This document shows positions 1 to 9,831 of a stretch of 26,022 nt of DNA, in pieces. The notes beneath the pieces are model-generated. The model was not told the DNA's origin. It ran no database searches and was given only the letters and a program-made list of their open reading frames with translations. This DNA comes from a virus (taxonomy: Duplodnaviria > Caudoviricetes), in IMG/VR virus record IMGVR_UViG_3300036779_000174, positions 1 through 26,022 of that record. One strand, given 5' to 3'. Numbering within the stretch: position 1 is the stretch's first letter; every line of letters starts with the position of its first letter. The position numbers were made by a program, and so were the translations under genes.

Positions 1-193
1 GCAGCATGTGAAAGAAGGCCGTAGCGGTCGCCGGCGTCCACGTCACGGTGACCTCGAGCGCGAGAGTAAGCAGGCAGAACAGCCGGTTCGCCTCGTTGAG
101 CGCGGCGATAATCTCGGCAGTAGGGTAAAACGTCGGCGAGCCCGCCTCGTTGAGGCGCTCCGAGACCCGGGTGTACATGGTCGAGACCGTCAT
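1..193 (-). CDS. Putative head-tail adaptor-like virion protein (partial, runs off window)
   Basis: ATG at 193 reads MTVSTMYTRVSERLNEAGSPTFYPTAEIIAALNEANRLF; N-terminal helical pattern resembles phage adaptors; follows the 201-1154 gene. Confidence 0.55.
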   Translation of the reverse strand, partial: MTVSTMYTRVSERLNEAGSPTFYPTAEIIAALNEANRLFCLLTLALEVTVTWTPATATAFFHML

Positions 194-200
194 GGTTCAC

Positions 201-1154
201 TCAAGGCTGGTCAGTCGGCGGGTTCGGCATTCCGCCGTATCTCCCATACCCCCGCGACGCTCTCGCCATCCGGTGACGGGTGAAGCGGTCCGCCATTTTC
301 ACCGAGGTCTTCACGCGGCGCTGTGCGTGGTCGACGAGCAGCATGCGGGCGAGTTCGCGGCCGAACTGGGCTTCGTATCCGGCCGCCTGCGCGAGCTTTT
401 CCTTGTGCACTGCAATATCCGCGCGGACGCCGGCGAGGAGCACCGCGGCGGTAACGAACGGCAGCGGCCCCGTCGAGGTATTCTCGCCAGTGAACTGATT
501 GGCGAGCCGCAGGTACTCGAGCGGAAATCCGCGCGCCTCGAGTGGCGGCGGGTAGAGCTCGATCTGGCGCAGGACCGGCGGCGAGGCCTCGGGGCTGTCG
601 TCGTAGGGCGCCCACGCCTTCGGATAACCGATCGTCGCGCGGCTGCCGACGGACTGATCGAGACCGTCTTTGGTAAACGGCTGCAGCGGCAGATTGGTGA
701 TCGGATCGAGCACCGAAACGATCGAGTTGCAGTCGGCCGGCAGAGTATAGACGTTCTGCATCAGCACGTAGGGAGATCCGGCGTAGACGGTCCCCTGCGG
801 CTCGCTGCCTTTTCCCTCGTACGGGCGGTCAAAATACAACTCCGTCGCCGAGACCAGGATGTCCGCGAGATAAGTCACGGTGTCGCCCGGGATGTAGAAC
901 CGTTGGCCGACGATTGTGCTGGTCCAGGAGGTTCCCGCGCCGGTCGCGCCCCCGCCGCCGACCGTGACCGTCACGGTGTCGGTCGTCGACTGGTAGGCCG
1001 CCTCGGTCTGAATGGTCGCGTGCGCTTTGAGCCCGGTCCAGTCTGTCGCCTCGAGCACCGAGCCGTACCGGGTATTCAGCCATTCGTCGAGTAAATCGAG
1101 GCTGATGTCGGGCGCGGTCGTTTGTAAGAGCAGCCGCAGCTGGCCCCACGTCAT
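201..1154 (-). CDS. Putative head-tail adaptor/tail tubular protein with inserted beta-rich domain
   Basis: 317 aa; adaptor-like N-terminus (LDLLDEWLNTRY), YTLPADCNSIVSV and GYPKAW..IELYPPP motifs; located after capsid genes. Confidence 0.6.
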   Translation of the reverse strand: MTWGQLRLLLQTTAPDISLDLLDEWLNTRYGSVLEATDWTGLKAHATIQTEAAYQSTTDTVTVTVGGGGATGAGTSWTSTIVGQRFYIPGDTVTYLADILVSATELYFDRPYEGKGSEPQGTVYAGSPYVLMQNVYTLPADCNSIVSVLDPITNLPLQPFTKDGLDQSVGSRATIGYPKAWAPYDDSPEASPPVLRQIELYPPPLEARGFPLEYLRLANQFTGENTSTGPLPFVTAAVLLAGVRADIAVHKEKLAQAAGYEAQFGRELARMLLVDHAQRRVKTSVKMADRFTRHRMARASRGYGRYGGMPNPPTDQP

Positions 1155-1161
1155 TCCTGTC

Positions 1162-1169
1162 TATTCGAC
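1162..1169 (-). promoter_or_regulatory. GTCGAATA motif, putative phage-sigma -10 element
   Basis: Octamer ends 7 nt before the ATG at 1154. Confidence 0.55.
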
Positions 1170-1177
1170 TTGTGATC

Positions 1178-1630
1178 TCACGCCACGCGGATCGCCGAGA
1201 TCATGGTGGTCACGGCGCCGCCGTAGATCTGGCTGGTCCCGGTTCCCGCTGACTTGTAACCTATCAGTTGCAGCACCGTGCCCGCCGGGACTGTCACAAG
1301 CCACTGCTGAGTAATCAGCGCCCTCAACGAGGCAGTCTGCGGCACAAAAATTGCCACTTCAGTTTGCTGCGTGCCGGCGACCGCGAGACCGCCGATTAGA
1401 GGCTGCCCGACGTCTCCAGCGCCCACGCACCCGAGGTCAAACGCCGCTGTAACCAGGTAAGTGCCCGCGGCCGCGACTGTGAGCGATCCGCCCGGAATGT
1501 TGGCCGCAGTCGTGGTGAGGACGAGAACCTGAATCGGGTAAAGAATCTGCGCCGCGGTCGCTGGCGCATTCCCGGCCGTTGCATTCGCCTGACAGATGCC
1601 GCCGACGTTGGCGTACCCCTGCGGACACAT
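1178..1630 (-). CDS. Beta-rich hypothetical virion protein
   Basis: 150 aa, A/G/T/V-rich, AGTYLVTA motif suggestive of a jelly-roll domain; in structural operon. Confidence 0.55.
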   Translation of the reverse strand: MCPQGYANVGGICQANATAGNAPATAAQILYPIQVLVLTTTAANIPGGSLTVAAAGTYLVTAAFDLGCVGAGDVGQPLIGGLAVAGTQQTEVAIFVPQTASLRALITQQWLVTVPAGTVLQLIGYKSAGTGTSQIYGGAVTTMISAIRVA

Positions 1631-2044
1631 TTACGGCATCATCTCCGCATCGACAGCGATGGTGGCGGAATTGCCGGCGCCCAGCACAACCTGAACCGCC
1701 CACTTCATCGGCAGTTCAATGCCCGCGATGCCCAGCAAGTGCCCGCCGGCCGCCATTGTGGGCGGAAGCCAGGCCCCCGGGTAGAAATCGGCCACATAGA
1801 CGCCAGCCGCGGAGAGCGCGTTCGCTGCAGCGAATCCGGCGATCGGAACAGCCGGGCCGCCGGCCGGCGGGATAGCGCAGAGAAAGATGGCGTCGCTGCC
1901 CCCGCCTGCAGTCGCTGCCGAGACGGTCACGAAAAAGCGGATGCCGCGGCCCCACGTCGCGAATTCAGTCTGCGAGGTAATCGAGCCCGCGGCCGCGATG
2001 GGTGTCGCGGGGATTACATTGCGGTGTAGTGTCTTGTTGATCAT
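1631..2044 (-). CDS. Hypothetical virion protein
   Basis: 137 aa beta-rich ORF abutting neighbours. Confidence 0.6.
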   Translation of the reverse strand: MINKTLHRNVIPATPIAAAGSITSQTEFATWGRGIRFFVTVSAATAGGGSDAIFLCAIPPAGGPAVPIAGFAAANALSAAGVYVADFYPGAWLPPTMAAGGHLLGIAGIELPMKWAVQVVLGAGNSATIAVDAEMMP

Positions 2045-2056
2045 CGACGTCGGGCG

Positions 2057-2278
2057 TCAGGCGCTCGGGACGCCTGTAGCCGAGATCGAAAACAGCACGG
2101 TAACGCCGTCGGACGCGACAATCTCGAGCGCATTGGCCGACTGCGCGGCCGGCAGAATGATCCGGAGCGGCACGGTCGTGCCCGCGCCGACTGCGGGCGC
2201 GTGGCCCTTGCCGCCCGCGCCGCGCGGCGTAATCTCGACCTGGGTGAACCTCGACGGTTGTATCGGCGATTGAGCCAT
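2057..2278 (-). CDS. Small hypothetical protein
   Basis: 73 aa with AAGGAGG RBS upstream; directly after capsid gene. Confidence 0.65.
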   Translation of the reverse strand: MAQSPIQPSRFTQVEITPRGAGGKGHAPAVGAGTTVPLRIILPAAQSANALEIVASDGVTVLFSISATGVPSA

Positions 2279-2289
2279 TGGTGCCCTCC

Positions 2290-3210
2290 TTAGCTCGACG
2301 GGATTCCGACCGTTCCGTAAAATCCGTTGTAGCCGACCGAGAACCGCATCCAGCCAGCCGTCTTGACGCTCCTGCTGTCGAAGTCGATGTCGTGAACTGT
2401 GTTGAACGGCTCGCGGTTATAGAAGCGCAGTTCGGTGTCCGCGACGTTGCCCTCGATGAACCAGGCGTCGGGATCCGTGAGGTAGTCCCAGACCATCCAG
2501 GTATCGAACGACGGCAACCCGCTGCGCCGGCGGAACGCGTTAATCGCGCGGTTCGCCGTATCCGGGCGGTCGACGCCGCCGAGCAGCTCGGCCCCGACGA
2601 ATTCGAGTTGCGCCGGAAAGATGGCCTTTTGAGGCGGAATGCGCTGTCTCTTGCCGCGGTGGTCGACCGACGTCCGCATGAGGGTCAACGCCAGCTGCAT
2701 CGACGTCACATCCGGGTCGGTCGCGTACGAGAGCCGGTTCGACTGCACGCCGCCGCCGATCAGCGGATGCGCGGTCGAGAACAGGGGCTGGCCGTCCGGG
2801 CCGGTCGCGGAGACGAAGCCGGTATTGAACGGGTTGGCGGCTGTCACTTCCTTCGTTTCCTTGCCCGAACGGCCCAGCTCCGTCGCGAGTTTACGCACGA
2901 CACCGAATTTGTCGTCGTCCATCGCGACCTTGGTCACGCGGAACCCGAGCGAGTACTGCGCGTGATTATACGTCTTGTTGAAGGCCGGCAGCGCCTCGTC
3001 ATAGCGGGTGTCCGCGCCTTCCGGCACGACCGCCATCTGGCCGAAGCCCGTGACCTCGGTTGTCTGCTCGATCGAGCGCGACGACGACTCCATTCGGTAG
3101 ACTTCCGAGAATTCGTCGGGGAACTGCGAGTACTTCGTCATCACGACCTCATCGATCGCGGGCAACATGCTCTGCAGGTAGAGATCGGGGAAAAGTGTGC
3201 GAATGAACAT
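2290..3210 (-). CDS. Major capsid protein (HK97 fold, Mu gpT-like)
   Basis: 306 aa; GFGQMAVVPEG, YSLGFRVTKVAMDDD, GPDGQPLFSTAHPL and YLTDPDAWF motifs typical of this capsid family; follows scaffold and decoration genes. Confidence 0.85.
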   Translation of the reverse strand: MFIRTLFPDLYLQSMLPAIDEVVMTKYSQFPDEFSEVYRMESSSRSIEQTTEVTGFGQMAVVPEGADTRYDEALPAFNKTYNHAQYSLGFRVTKVAMDDDKFGVVRKLATELGRSGKETKEVTAANPFNTGFVSATGPDGQPLFSTAHPLIGGGVQSNRLSYATDPDVTSMQLALTLMRTSVDHRGKRQRIPPQKAIFPAQLEFVGAELLGGVDRPDTANRAINAFRRRSGLPSFDTWMVWDYLTDPDAWFIEGNVADTELRFYNREPFNTVHDIDFDSRSVKTAGWMRFSVGYNGFYGTVGIPSS

Positions 3211-3222
3211 GGGTCGTGTCCT

Positions 3223-3795
3223 TTACACCGCGGCGGTAGCCTGTCCGAGTGCGTGCTTGTTGATCAAGACTTCGACGATTGCGTTCGGACCCTCCACGTT
3301 CGGAGGGATCATGGCGATGCCGCGGATCTTGAGGTCGTACCCCGCGGTGACCGCGATGTTCGCATCGTCGACGCCCGACTTCGACATCTTCGTCGCCGGG
3401 TTGCCGGCAACCAGCTTCACGAGCGCATTCAGCCCGGCGTGCGCGGCCGTCGTGATCACCGTCGCCCCCGGGCCGCACGCGGCGAGAAACACGCAATCGA
3501 TCTCGTCTGTCACCGGATGCACGGTCGCAGTCGATGGGGCGCCGTAGCTCATGCTGGCGCCAAGCCAGAGCGACGTGCCCGGCGTCAGCTGCGAGCCGTC
3601 CTGGATGCGCGAGAGGTTGTACGTCGGGTTCTCGGGCAGCGGCATGGGCGTGCCGCCGGTCAGGTGGCCCACGAGATCAAATGCGTAGATCGGATTCACG
3701 TCGGCCGCCGCTTTGCCGTATTCCGTCACGGAAAACGGCGAGCCGCCCATGCGGATCACCGGCCGGAAGCCAAACTGGAAATTGGGATTTGCCAT
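3223..3795 (-). CDS. Putative capsid decoration/cement protein
   Basis: 190 aa starting MANPNFQFGFRPV and ending VEVLINKH, immediately upstream of the capsid gene. Confidence 0.6.
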   Translation of the reverse strand: MANPNFQFGFRPVIRMGGSPFSVTEYGKAAADVNPIYAFDLVGHLTGGTPMPLPENPTYNLSRIQDGSQLTPGTSLWLGASMSYGAPSTATVHPVTDEIDCVFLAACGPGATVITTAAHAGLNALVKLVAGNPATKMSKSGVDDANIAVTAGYDLKIRGIAMIPPNVEGPNAIVEVLINKHALGQATAAV

Positions 3796-3796
3796 A

Positions 3797-4744
3797 CTAT
3801 CTCTCCCTTTCGACTCTGAAACCCGTGTCGCGCGAGCGCCCGAGATATGAATTCGTGAGCGCCGGGTCCTCGAAGTCTCCTGCGGCGGTCGAGCGGACCT
3901 GCTCGCCCTCGCGCAGCACCGAGATCCCGGCTTTGCCGCCGTCGCGGATCGCGCGCGCGGCGATGTCCTCGAACTGCTCGCCCGCCTCGCGGATCTGCTC
4001 GTCCGATTCGTTCGCCCAGTGCTGGCGCCGCGCTTCGGCCATCCGCAGCGGGATCTCGCCCATGATGAGCGTCCCCACTTTGACGGGGTCGCCGTGCTCG
4101 TCCTTCACGATCACATAGCCTCGCAGGCCCAGCACGCCGATACAGCGTTCGCTGAGAAACTTCGCCGCCATGCCGGGGCTGCCGTACTTCTGGACGGCCT
4201 CTTCCATAGGCTGCGCGAAGATCATGGCGTCCGAGCGGTCCGCTTCGACTTCGACCGTGCGCTGGGGTATCCGCATGATGCGGTCGCGGAATGCCGTTGC
4301 AACTGCGTCCTTGCCGAACCGCGCGATCGCGGCGCGCAGGCCCTTCTGCAGCACAGGGTCCGGGACGGCTTTTTCTTCGCGCAGCAGAATCGCTTCGGCC
4401 GTCGCGTTCGCATAGTCCTCGAGACCGACGTTCTCGATCGAGGCTTTCATGGCAGGGCAGGAAATGAGCAGCGGATCCGGACCGTAGACGACGCGCGTGT
4501 ACGTCGGGATCGAGTCGCCGAACGTCTTGCGGTCCCACTCCTCGTCGAGGAACTGCGCGACATTGTCGGTCGGGCGGTTGGGGTCGGGCTCCGGGTCCTT
4601 CAGGTCGAGCCCGAGGTCGGTCGCCAGCGTCTCGACGGCCTTCTTGTCATCGATGCGCGCCTGTCGGTCGGCGAGGATGCGTTCGTTTGCGTCGCGCGCC
4701 GGGTCGGCCGGCGGCTTGCGTTTATGGCTGCGGGGTTGACTCAT
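3797..4744 (-). CDS. Hypothetical head-module protein
   Basis: 315 aa; ATGA overlap with scaffold gene. Confidence 0.7.
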   Translation of the reverse strand: MSQPRSHKRKPPADPARDANERILADRQARIDDKKAVETLATDLGLDLKDPEPDPNRPTDNVAQFLDEEWDRKTFGDSIPTYTRVVYGPDPLLISCPAMKASIENVGLEDYANATAEAILLREEKAVPDPVLQKGLRAAIARFGKDAVATAFRDRIMRIPQRTVEVEADRSDAMIFAQPMEEAVQKYGSPGMAAKFLSERCIGVLGLRGYVIVKDEHGDPVKVGTLIMGEIPLRMAEARRQHWANESDEQIREAGEQFEDIAARAIRDGGKAGISVLREGEQVRSTAAGDFEDPALTNSYLGRSRDTGFRVERER

Positions 4745-5466
4745 TTAAGACCTCTCATGGCGACGCCGGCCTTCGCGCGTTTCTTGTAGGCTTCGTGGCT
4801 GACGCCCATAGCGTCCGCGATGCGCTTCTGTTCCGGCGTGAGTTCGTCGTCCTCTTCCGGGTCCGGCGCCGGCTGGCGGCCGCCGCCGCCTGCCGACTGC
4901 GCTTTGATGCGGGCGAGCCGCGCCGCTTCTTTCTCTTCTTTGGTCGCTTCGCTGCCGGCAGGCTTGAGTTTTCCCGTGCGCATGAAGTCCAGTTCCGCCT
5001 TCTCCGCAGCCAGTTCCATCGCGACTGCCTGCGGCGTCCCGGCCTTGACCAGATCGCCGTAATGCAGCGCCGTGGCCTTGAAAAACTCGGAGTCTTTCTT
5101 TTTGAGGTCCGGATAGCGGCCGAGCAATTCCTGTTCTTTGGTCAGCGACGCGGCGCGGTTCGCAATGAGCGCTTCGACTTCGTCCTTGCGGACAAAACCG
5201 CGTTTCGACGCGAGCTCGTCGAACCCCTTCGCGCCCTTCGTCGTGATGGCCTCGAGAACATCCGGCTCGTCTTCCTCGGGAACCTCGGCGGCTCTCGGCT
5301 GCGGCGCCGAGGCTTTCGCCTTGTCCGCCCAGTACTGCGCGGTCCGCTGCCCTTCGGCGACTTGTTCCTTCAGTTCGTCGATCTGGCGCTGCAGCGCGGC
5401 CGCATCGACGGCGGGCTCGGCAGCGGGCGGCGCGGCGGAATCGGGAATTTCAGGATCGGGTGTCAT
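4741..5466 (-). CDS. Putative capsid scaffolding protein
   Basis: 241 aa, charged and helical; C-terminal LTPEQKRIADAMGVSHEAYKK motif typical of scaffolds; lies between portal and capsid. Confidence 0.7.
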   Translation of the reverse strand: MTPDPEIPDSAAPPAAEPAVDAAALQRQIDELKEQVAEGQRTAQYWADKAKASAPQPRAAEVPEEDEPDVLEAITTKGAKGFDELASKRGFVRKDEVEALIANRAASLTKEQELLGRYPDLKKKDSEFFKATALHYGDLVKAGTPQAVAMELAAEKAELDFMRTGKLKPAGSEATKEEKEAARLARIKAQSAGGGGRQPAPDPEEDDELTPEQKRIADAMGVSHEAYKKRAKAGVAMRGLK

Positions 5467-5831
5467 AGCTTCAGGACCTCAGCTCCGAATGGGGTGCCGC
5501 GGTAAAGGTCCGCCCGCTTCGCCACATATGGCCGCACACAGCTCGAGCAGAGTACCTGGTACACACCATCGCGGGGAACGACATATAGCCTTACTTCGAC
5601 CGCGCCGTCGCCCTTCGACAGAATTTCGCGCAGCTCGTCGGAGGTCAGTCCGCAGTTCTGGCAGCCGGGCAGCGCGCGACCCGCGAGCAACTCGATCGCG
5701 GCCATGTGCCACTCCAGACAGTAGTCGCAGATCGATTGCGCGGCCGCGGCGCCGTCGCCGCCGAGCTGGTGGACCCGCCACGCCGGCCGGAACCGGCTGC
5801 AATAGTGGCACTTTATCTGGGCGAATTCCAC
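5463..5831 (-). CDS. Zinc-finger hypothetical protein
   Basis: Four CxxC pairs (CHYC, CDYC, CQNC, CSSC); GTG start. Confidence 0.65.
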   Translation of the reverse strand: MEFAQIKCHYCSRFRPAWRVHQLGGDGAAAAQSICDYCLEWHMAAIELLAGRALPGCQNCGLTSDELREILSKGDGAVEVRLYVVPRDGVYQVLCSSCVRPYVAKRADLYRGTPFGAEVLKL

Positions 5832-6167
5832 TTACTTTGACTTGTGCGAAACGGGTTCCGGCTCGGCTTTGCGGGCAGGGTTGCCGGGGTCGCCGGACTC
5901 CGGTTTGCGGCCGGGATCGTTTGGGTCGGGTTTGTGGCCAGGGGCGAGCAGCGGCGGATGCTCGCCGGTCTTGTGCTCGGCTGCTTTGTTGTGCTCGGCC
6001 GGTTTGGGGAGCAGCGCCCGGATTGTGTCGGCGTCTGCGCCCTCCGCCAGCACGGAGTTCGCGCCGACCTGAATGACGACGGCAGGATTGCGGAGATCAA
6101 CGAGACTGATCTGGTCCGGGTTGATCGAGTACCCGGATTCGAGGGAGACGAAATCGCTGAGAGGCAT
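5832..6167 (-). CDS. Hypothetical protein
   Basis: 111 aa; preceded by GTCGAATA motif. Confidence 0.65.
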   Translation of the reverse strand: MPLSDFVSLESGYSINPDQISLVDLRNPAVVIQVGANSVLAEGADADTIRALLPKPAEHNKAAEHKTGEHPPLLAPGHKPDPNDPGRKPESGDPGNPARKAEPEPVSHKSK

Positions 6168-6174
6168 ACTGCGG

Positions 6175-6182
6175 TATTCGAC
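6175..6182 (-). promoter_or_regulatory. GTCGAATA motif
   Basis: 7 nt before ATG at 6167; no Shine-Dalgarno in between. Confidence 0.55.
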
Positions 6183-6185
6183 AGG

Positions 6186-6443
6186 TCATCGGCCGCCCTT
6201 CGCGCCCATTTCCTTCAGCAGCATGCCCGGCAGCTCGAGCACGACCCGCAGGGCCTTCGCCGCACCCTGCGCACGGTGCAGCATCATCGGATCCGCCTGC
6301 GATTCGCAATCCGTCAGCGCCCGTATCAACTCGGCTGAAATGCGGGAGCGCAGCAGCTCGAAGCTGTCCGAGGCCAGCATCGCCTCGAACTGCTCGCGGT
6401 CGATCTGGTCGAGGCGCGCTGACGGTTTAGTAGCCGGCTGCAT
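6186..6443 (-). CDS. Small helical protein downstream of portal
   Basis: 85 aa; HRAQGAAKALR motif resembles small portal-adjacent phage proteins. Confidence 0.65.
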   Translation of the reverse strand: MQPATKPSARLDQIDREQFEAMLASDSFELLRSRISAELIRALTDCESQADPMMLHRAQGAAKALRVVLELPGMLLKEMGAKGGR

Positions 6444-6600
6444 CGCCTTTCGGCTGGAACCGCGGCCGCGGCCGTTTCGGGGCGGCCGGCTTCGCTGGTT
6501 TCTTAACCGTTACGGGAGCCCGCGCCGGATCGGGTGCGCTCGCGCCCGCGCCGCCCCGGGCTCTGATCAGGTCTTCGAATCTGGGAGTTGATCTTGCCAT
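6427..6600 (-). CDS. Small basic hypothetical protein
   Basis: ATG at 6600 (MARSTPRFEDLIRARGG...), 9 nt after GTCGAATC at 6610-6617; the longer track ORF is an antisense extension over plus-strand genes. Confidence 0.5.
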   Translation of the reverse strand: MARSTPRFEDLIRARGGAGASAPDPARAPVTVKKPAKPAAPKRPRPRFQPKGDAAGY

Positions 6601-6721
6601 ATACCGGAGGATTCGACGCGGGCCGCGCGGCGCGTACAATCGAATGGAACGCCGCCAGGCCGGCACGGGTAGGTTGAGTTTGTGTGTTGTCGAGCAGCCG
6701 GCCAGCGGCGTGTAAACTTCC

Positions 6722-7081
6722 GTGAGCGAACCGAAGTACATACCGCGTCCGCGCAACCCGGACCCGGCGGTCATCCATACGCATTCAATCATTTCGCACC
6801 GCACCGGGCGCGGCATCGTGGTGATCGAGTGGGGCGAGATGCAGGGCCAGTTCGATCCGGAGGACGCGCGGGTTTTCGCGCATACGCTGCTGCGCGAGGC
6901 CGACAACGCGGAGACGGACGCTTTCGTGTACCACATCATGAAAGACAAGGTACAGGCCGAGCCCCATGTGATCGGCGGGTTTATCAGCGAATTCCGCGAG
7001 GAGCGCGCGCGGCGCGAGATGGCCGCAGGCCTGCGGCGGAAGAGTGAGGGCGACGAGGTTCCGGAGGACGACCGGCGATGA
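6722..7081 (+). CDS. Hypothetical protein (opposite-strand island)
   Basis: 119 aa; ATGA-coupled to next gene. Confidence 0.6.
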   Translation: MSEPKYIPRPRNPDPAVIHTHSIISHRTGRGIVVIEWGEMQGQFDPEDARVFAHTLLREADNAETDAFVYHIMKDKVQAEPHVIGGFISEFREERARREMAAGLRRKSEGDEVPEDDRR

Positions 7082-7518
7082 GAGACAAGTACATCCTTGT
7101 CGGCCAGTCGGCCGTACCCTGCGACGACCTGATCGAGTGGGCTACATGGTTCGATACTGCCGATCGGCGGGTATTCAAGACTCTGGTGGGCGAGTACGAG
7201 GTTTCGACCGTGTTCCTCGGCCTCGATCACAACTTTCACCGGCTGCTTACGGGCGAAGACAGTCCGCCGATTTTGTTTGAAACGATGATCTTTCCGGCTG
7301 CACGGAATACCCACAGCAGGAAAGGCAAAACCCTCACTGAATGGCTTGAACAGGGCAAGCGTGATGAAGAGGGACTCGACAGGGAACTGCTCGACTTTCA
7401 GGACAGGTATCCGGACTGGGGCGAGGCCGAGGCGGGCCACGACGTCGCGGTGATGATGGTTGAGGAACGGACGGGAATCAAGCGGACAGCGCCGCAACTC
7501 GCGGATGTAAAGATGTAA
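7078..7518 (+). CDS. Hypothetical phage protein
   Basis: 146 aa; VSTVFLGLDH..P.LFETMIF..RY.DW.EAEAGH pattern reads as a genuine protein. Confidence 0.7.
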   Translation: MRDKYILVGQSAVPCDDLIEWATWFDTADRRVFKTLVGEYEVSTVFLGLDHNFHRLLTGEDSPPILFETMIFPAARNTHSRKGKTLTEWLEQGKRDEEGLDRELLDFQDRYPDWGEAEAGHDVAVMMVEERTGIKRTAPQLADVKM

Positions 7519-7533
7519 ACGACATCTTTACAT
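7505..7533. terminator. AT-rich 12-bp inverted repeat between convergent genes
   Basis: ATGTAAAGATGT-aaacg-ACATCTTTACAT at the junction of the plus-strand island and portal end; terminator or binding site. Confidence 0.45.
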
Positions 7534-7554
7534 TTGCCACTCTCAGAGGCTGTC

Positions 7555-9831
7555 TCACTGTTCGTGCATCACTTCCGGATGTCCCGAATACAGACTCGGC
7601 CCCGTCGCCGCCGGGTTGCCCTTCGGCTCCGTGGTCGTGTCTCTGTTGCCTTTCGCGACGCCGGCATGCGGCCCGAACAACCCCTCGGGAAACGCAAGCA
7701 CCCCGCCGGGCTGCCCGGGCGGCTGGCCGTTCTGCGCCATCTGCTGCGCCGCCGCGACCGCCTGCTCGATGATGGCCTGCTGCAGCTTTTTCTGCTGCAG
7801 CTGCGCGATGTGCTGCATGTAGTGCTGCTCGAGCGCCTTGACGGCAACGGGGTCGCGGTTCGGATCCGTCAGTGACTCCTGATAATCCCGCCAGTGGCGC
7901 AGCATGTGGACCTGGTCGTTGTCCATCGGGTTGACGTGGACGTCCTCGCCCTGTTCCATCCGGACCCACTCCTCGCGCGGATCGATCGAGATATCCGGCG
8001 CCGGCGGCTCCGCGACCAGGTCGGCGAAGTTCGGATCGCCCAGCGCCTCGTGCGCGTCCCGCGTAACCTGCCACAGCGCGCGCGGGTTCTGCACAATCAG
8101 CGGATTTTGCAAGTCGAGCTGGTAGCGCGCGAGCGCCTGCTCTTTCTTGACCTCCTTCGACCACACGGAATTGGCGAACTTGAGTTTGAAGTCGTAGCGC
8201 CCGTCGCGGTCTTCGACCGTGAGCGCCGCGGCGCCGTTGTGGACCTCGAACAGACCGTCCGCATCTTCTTCCGTTACCCGGAAGAAGGTCTGCGGCGGAG
8301 TAAACAGATATTCGAGCGCCCAGAAGTGAGCCAGCACCCCGCTCATGTCTTCCTGCAGCACCTTCGTATCGAGCGAGATCCGGACGTTGCCCTCCTCGAG
8401 CAGCTTCACCGTCTGGGTCGCCGTGCGCGGCGCGTTCGGCCGGTCCGACTGCCGGCCCATCTGCAGATCGCTCATGCCGGTCAGCTTCTCGCCGTATCCG
8501 AGCACGACCTGTTCCTTCCAGGTCGCGGCTTCGAGGTCTGCCGAAACGGTCAGCTCTCTGATGTCGGTCGCGGGATTATCCAGCGGAATGAAGAGCCCGG
8601 GCTCGGCGTGGAAAGTATCCGCGTTGACGCCGGCGGCCGGCCGGTAGCCGAACATCGGCGTCGCCGCAAACTGCGCGCTCTCGGTCGACAGGTTGTGATT
8701 CACGCGGAGCTCGTCCTCGAGATCGATCAGCATCTCGGCCATGCCCGGCGACCAGTAGGTTCCGTCCTTGCACATCGACGACTCGACGAACGGACGCCGG
8801 TTCTTCATGGTCGGGTAGAGGTCCTCGAGCGACTGGATCCCGATGATCAGGTGCAGGTCCCAGAGGTAGCGCACGACAAAATCCTTCTGCCGCATCTGGC
8901 GTTTCGAGAAGTCCCATTCGCTCGCATCTTTCTTACCGCTCTTCAGCGGCCGCCAGCGGCCGTACCACTCGAGCACGAGCACCCACTCGCCGGACGACAG
9001 CGGCCGCTGGTACATCACGCCCTCGGCCTCGTCCTTTTCGAGCTTGATCTCCTCGCCCTGATACTCGCGCTGCGTGCCGTGCTGCGCCAGATTCACGATT
9101 TTGTCCCAGTTCTTCGTGATGCCCTGATACCTGCCGTCTTCCTCGCCCTCGAGCAGTTCCTGCGGCGTCGTGCGGTAGCGCCGGATGACGAAGCTGAACT
9201 CGTGGAGCGTTTTTACTTCCTCGGCAGGAACGACAAAATCGTCCGGCCAGAGCGGCTGGAAGTCCGGGCCTTCGTAGTCGACGACATCCTTGCCGGCGAC
9301 TTCAAACGTGTCGCGCTTCCAGGGCGAGTAGGCGATCGACTTGCCGAAGACGAGCTTACGCAGCACAAACTCGCAGAACGGGTTCAAGAGCTTCATCGAG
9401 TTGAAGACCCGCCAGGTCATGTAGCGCGAAATCTTCTTGTCCTTGCGGTAGTCGCTCGGTCCGACCGGCACGGCCACGATCTCGGCGTCGTCGCCGAACA
9501 GCGCGTCCATTTCCTTCGCCCATTTGGTGAAGATGTTCCAGCGGATGAACGGCACGGGCACGTTCGAGGCGGTCTCCTCGCCCGCGGCGGGCACGTCGAC
9601 GGACGCGCGCCAGCGGCGGTAGAACTCAGCCCACTTGCGTATGCGGCGATTATGGTCGTTCATGGCCGCGCGGTAATCGGTCTGGACCTTCGAAGCAAGG
9701 CGCGAGACTTCGGCGTCGGGCCACTTGAGCTGAAACTCGAGCTGCGGGGGCGTGGCCGCGTCCGCGGCAGGCGGCGGGGTCGGCGCCGCTGGCGGCGGCT
9801 GCGGTGGCTGTTGCGGCGGCTGGGGCGTCAT
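7555..9831 (-). CDS. Portal protein (P22/podovirus-like)
   Basis: About 758 aa from ATG 9831 (MTPQPPQQ); EKLTGMSDLQMGRQ..PRTAT motif, Gln-rich C-terminal helix; lies between terL and scaffold. Confidence 0.85.
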   Translation of the reverse strand: MTPQPPQQPPQPPPAAPTPPPAADAATPPQLEFQLKWPDAEVSRLASKVQTDYRAAMNDHNRRIRKWAEFYRRWRASVDVPAAGEETASNVPVPFIRWNIFTKWAKEMDALFGDDAEIVAVPVGPSDYRKDKKISRYMTWRVFNSMKLLNPFCEFVLRKLVFGKSIAYSPWKRDTFEVAGKDVVDYEGPDFQPLWPDDFVVPAEEVKTLHEFSFVIRRYRTTPQELLEGEEDGRYQGITKNWDKIVNLAQHGTQREYQGEEIKLEKDEAEGVMYQRPLSSGEWVLVLEWYGRWRPLKSGKKDASEWDFSKRQMRQKDFVVRYLWDLHLIIGIQSLEDLYPTMKNRRPFVESSMCKDGTYWSPGMAEMLIDLEDELRVNHNLSTESAQFAATPMFGYRPAAGVNADTFHAEPGLFIPLDNPATDIRELTVSADLEAATWKEQVVLGYGEKLTGMSDLQMGRQSDRPNAPRTATQTVKLLEEGNVRISLDTKVLQEDMSGVLAHFWALEYLFTPPQTFFRVTEEDADGLFEVHNGAAALTVEDRDGRYDFKLKFANSVWSKEVKKEQALARYQLDLQNPLIVQNPRALWQVTRDAHEALGDPNFADLVAEPPAPDISIDPREEWVRMEQGEDVHVNPMDNDQVHMLRHWRDYQESLTDPNRDPVAVKALEQHYMQHIAQLQQKKLQQAIIEQAVAAAQQMAQNGQPPGQPGGVLAFPEGLFGPHAGVAKGNRDTTTEPKGNPAATGPSLYSGHPEVMHEQ

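Noticed and set aside
4151-4172. Weak resemblance of spacer 16165-16200 to the AAKFL-coding stretch of 3797-4744
   Set aside because: Short and with several mismatches; not a credible protospacer.
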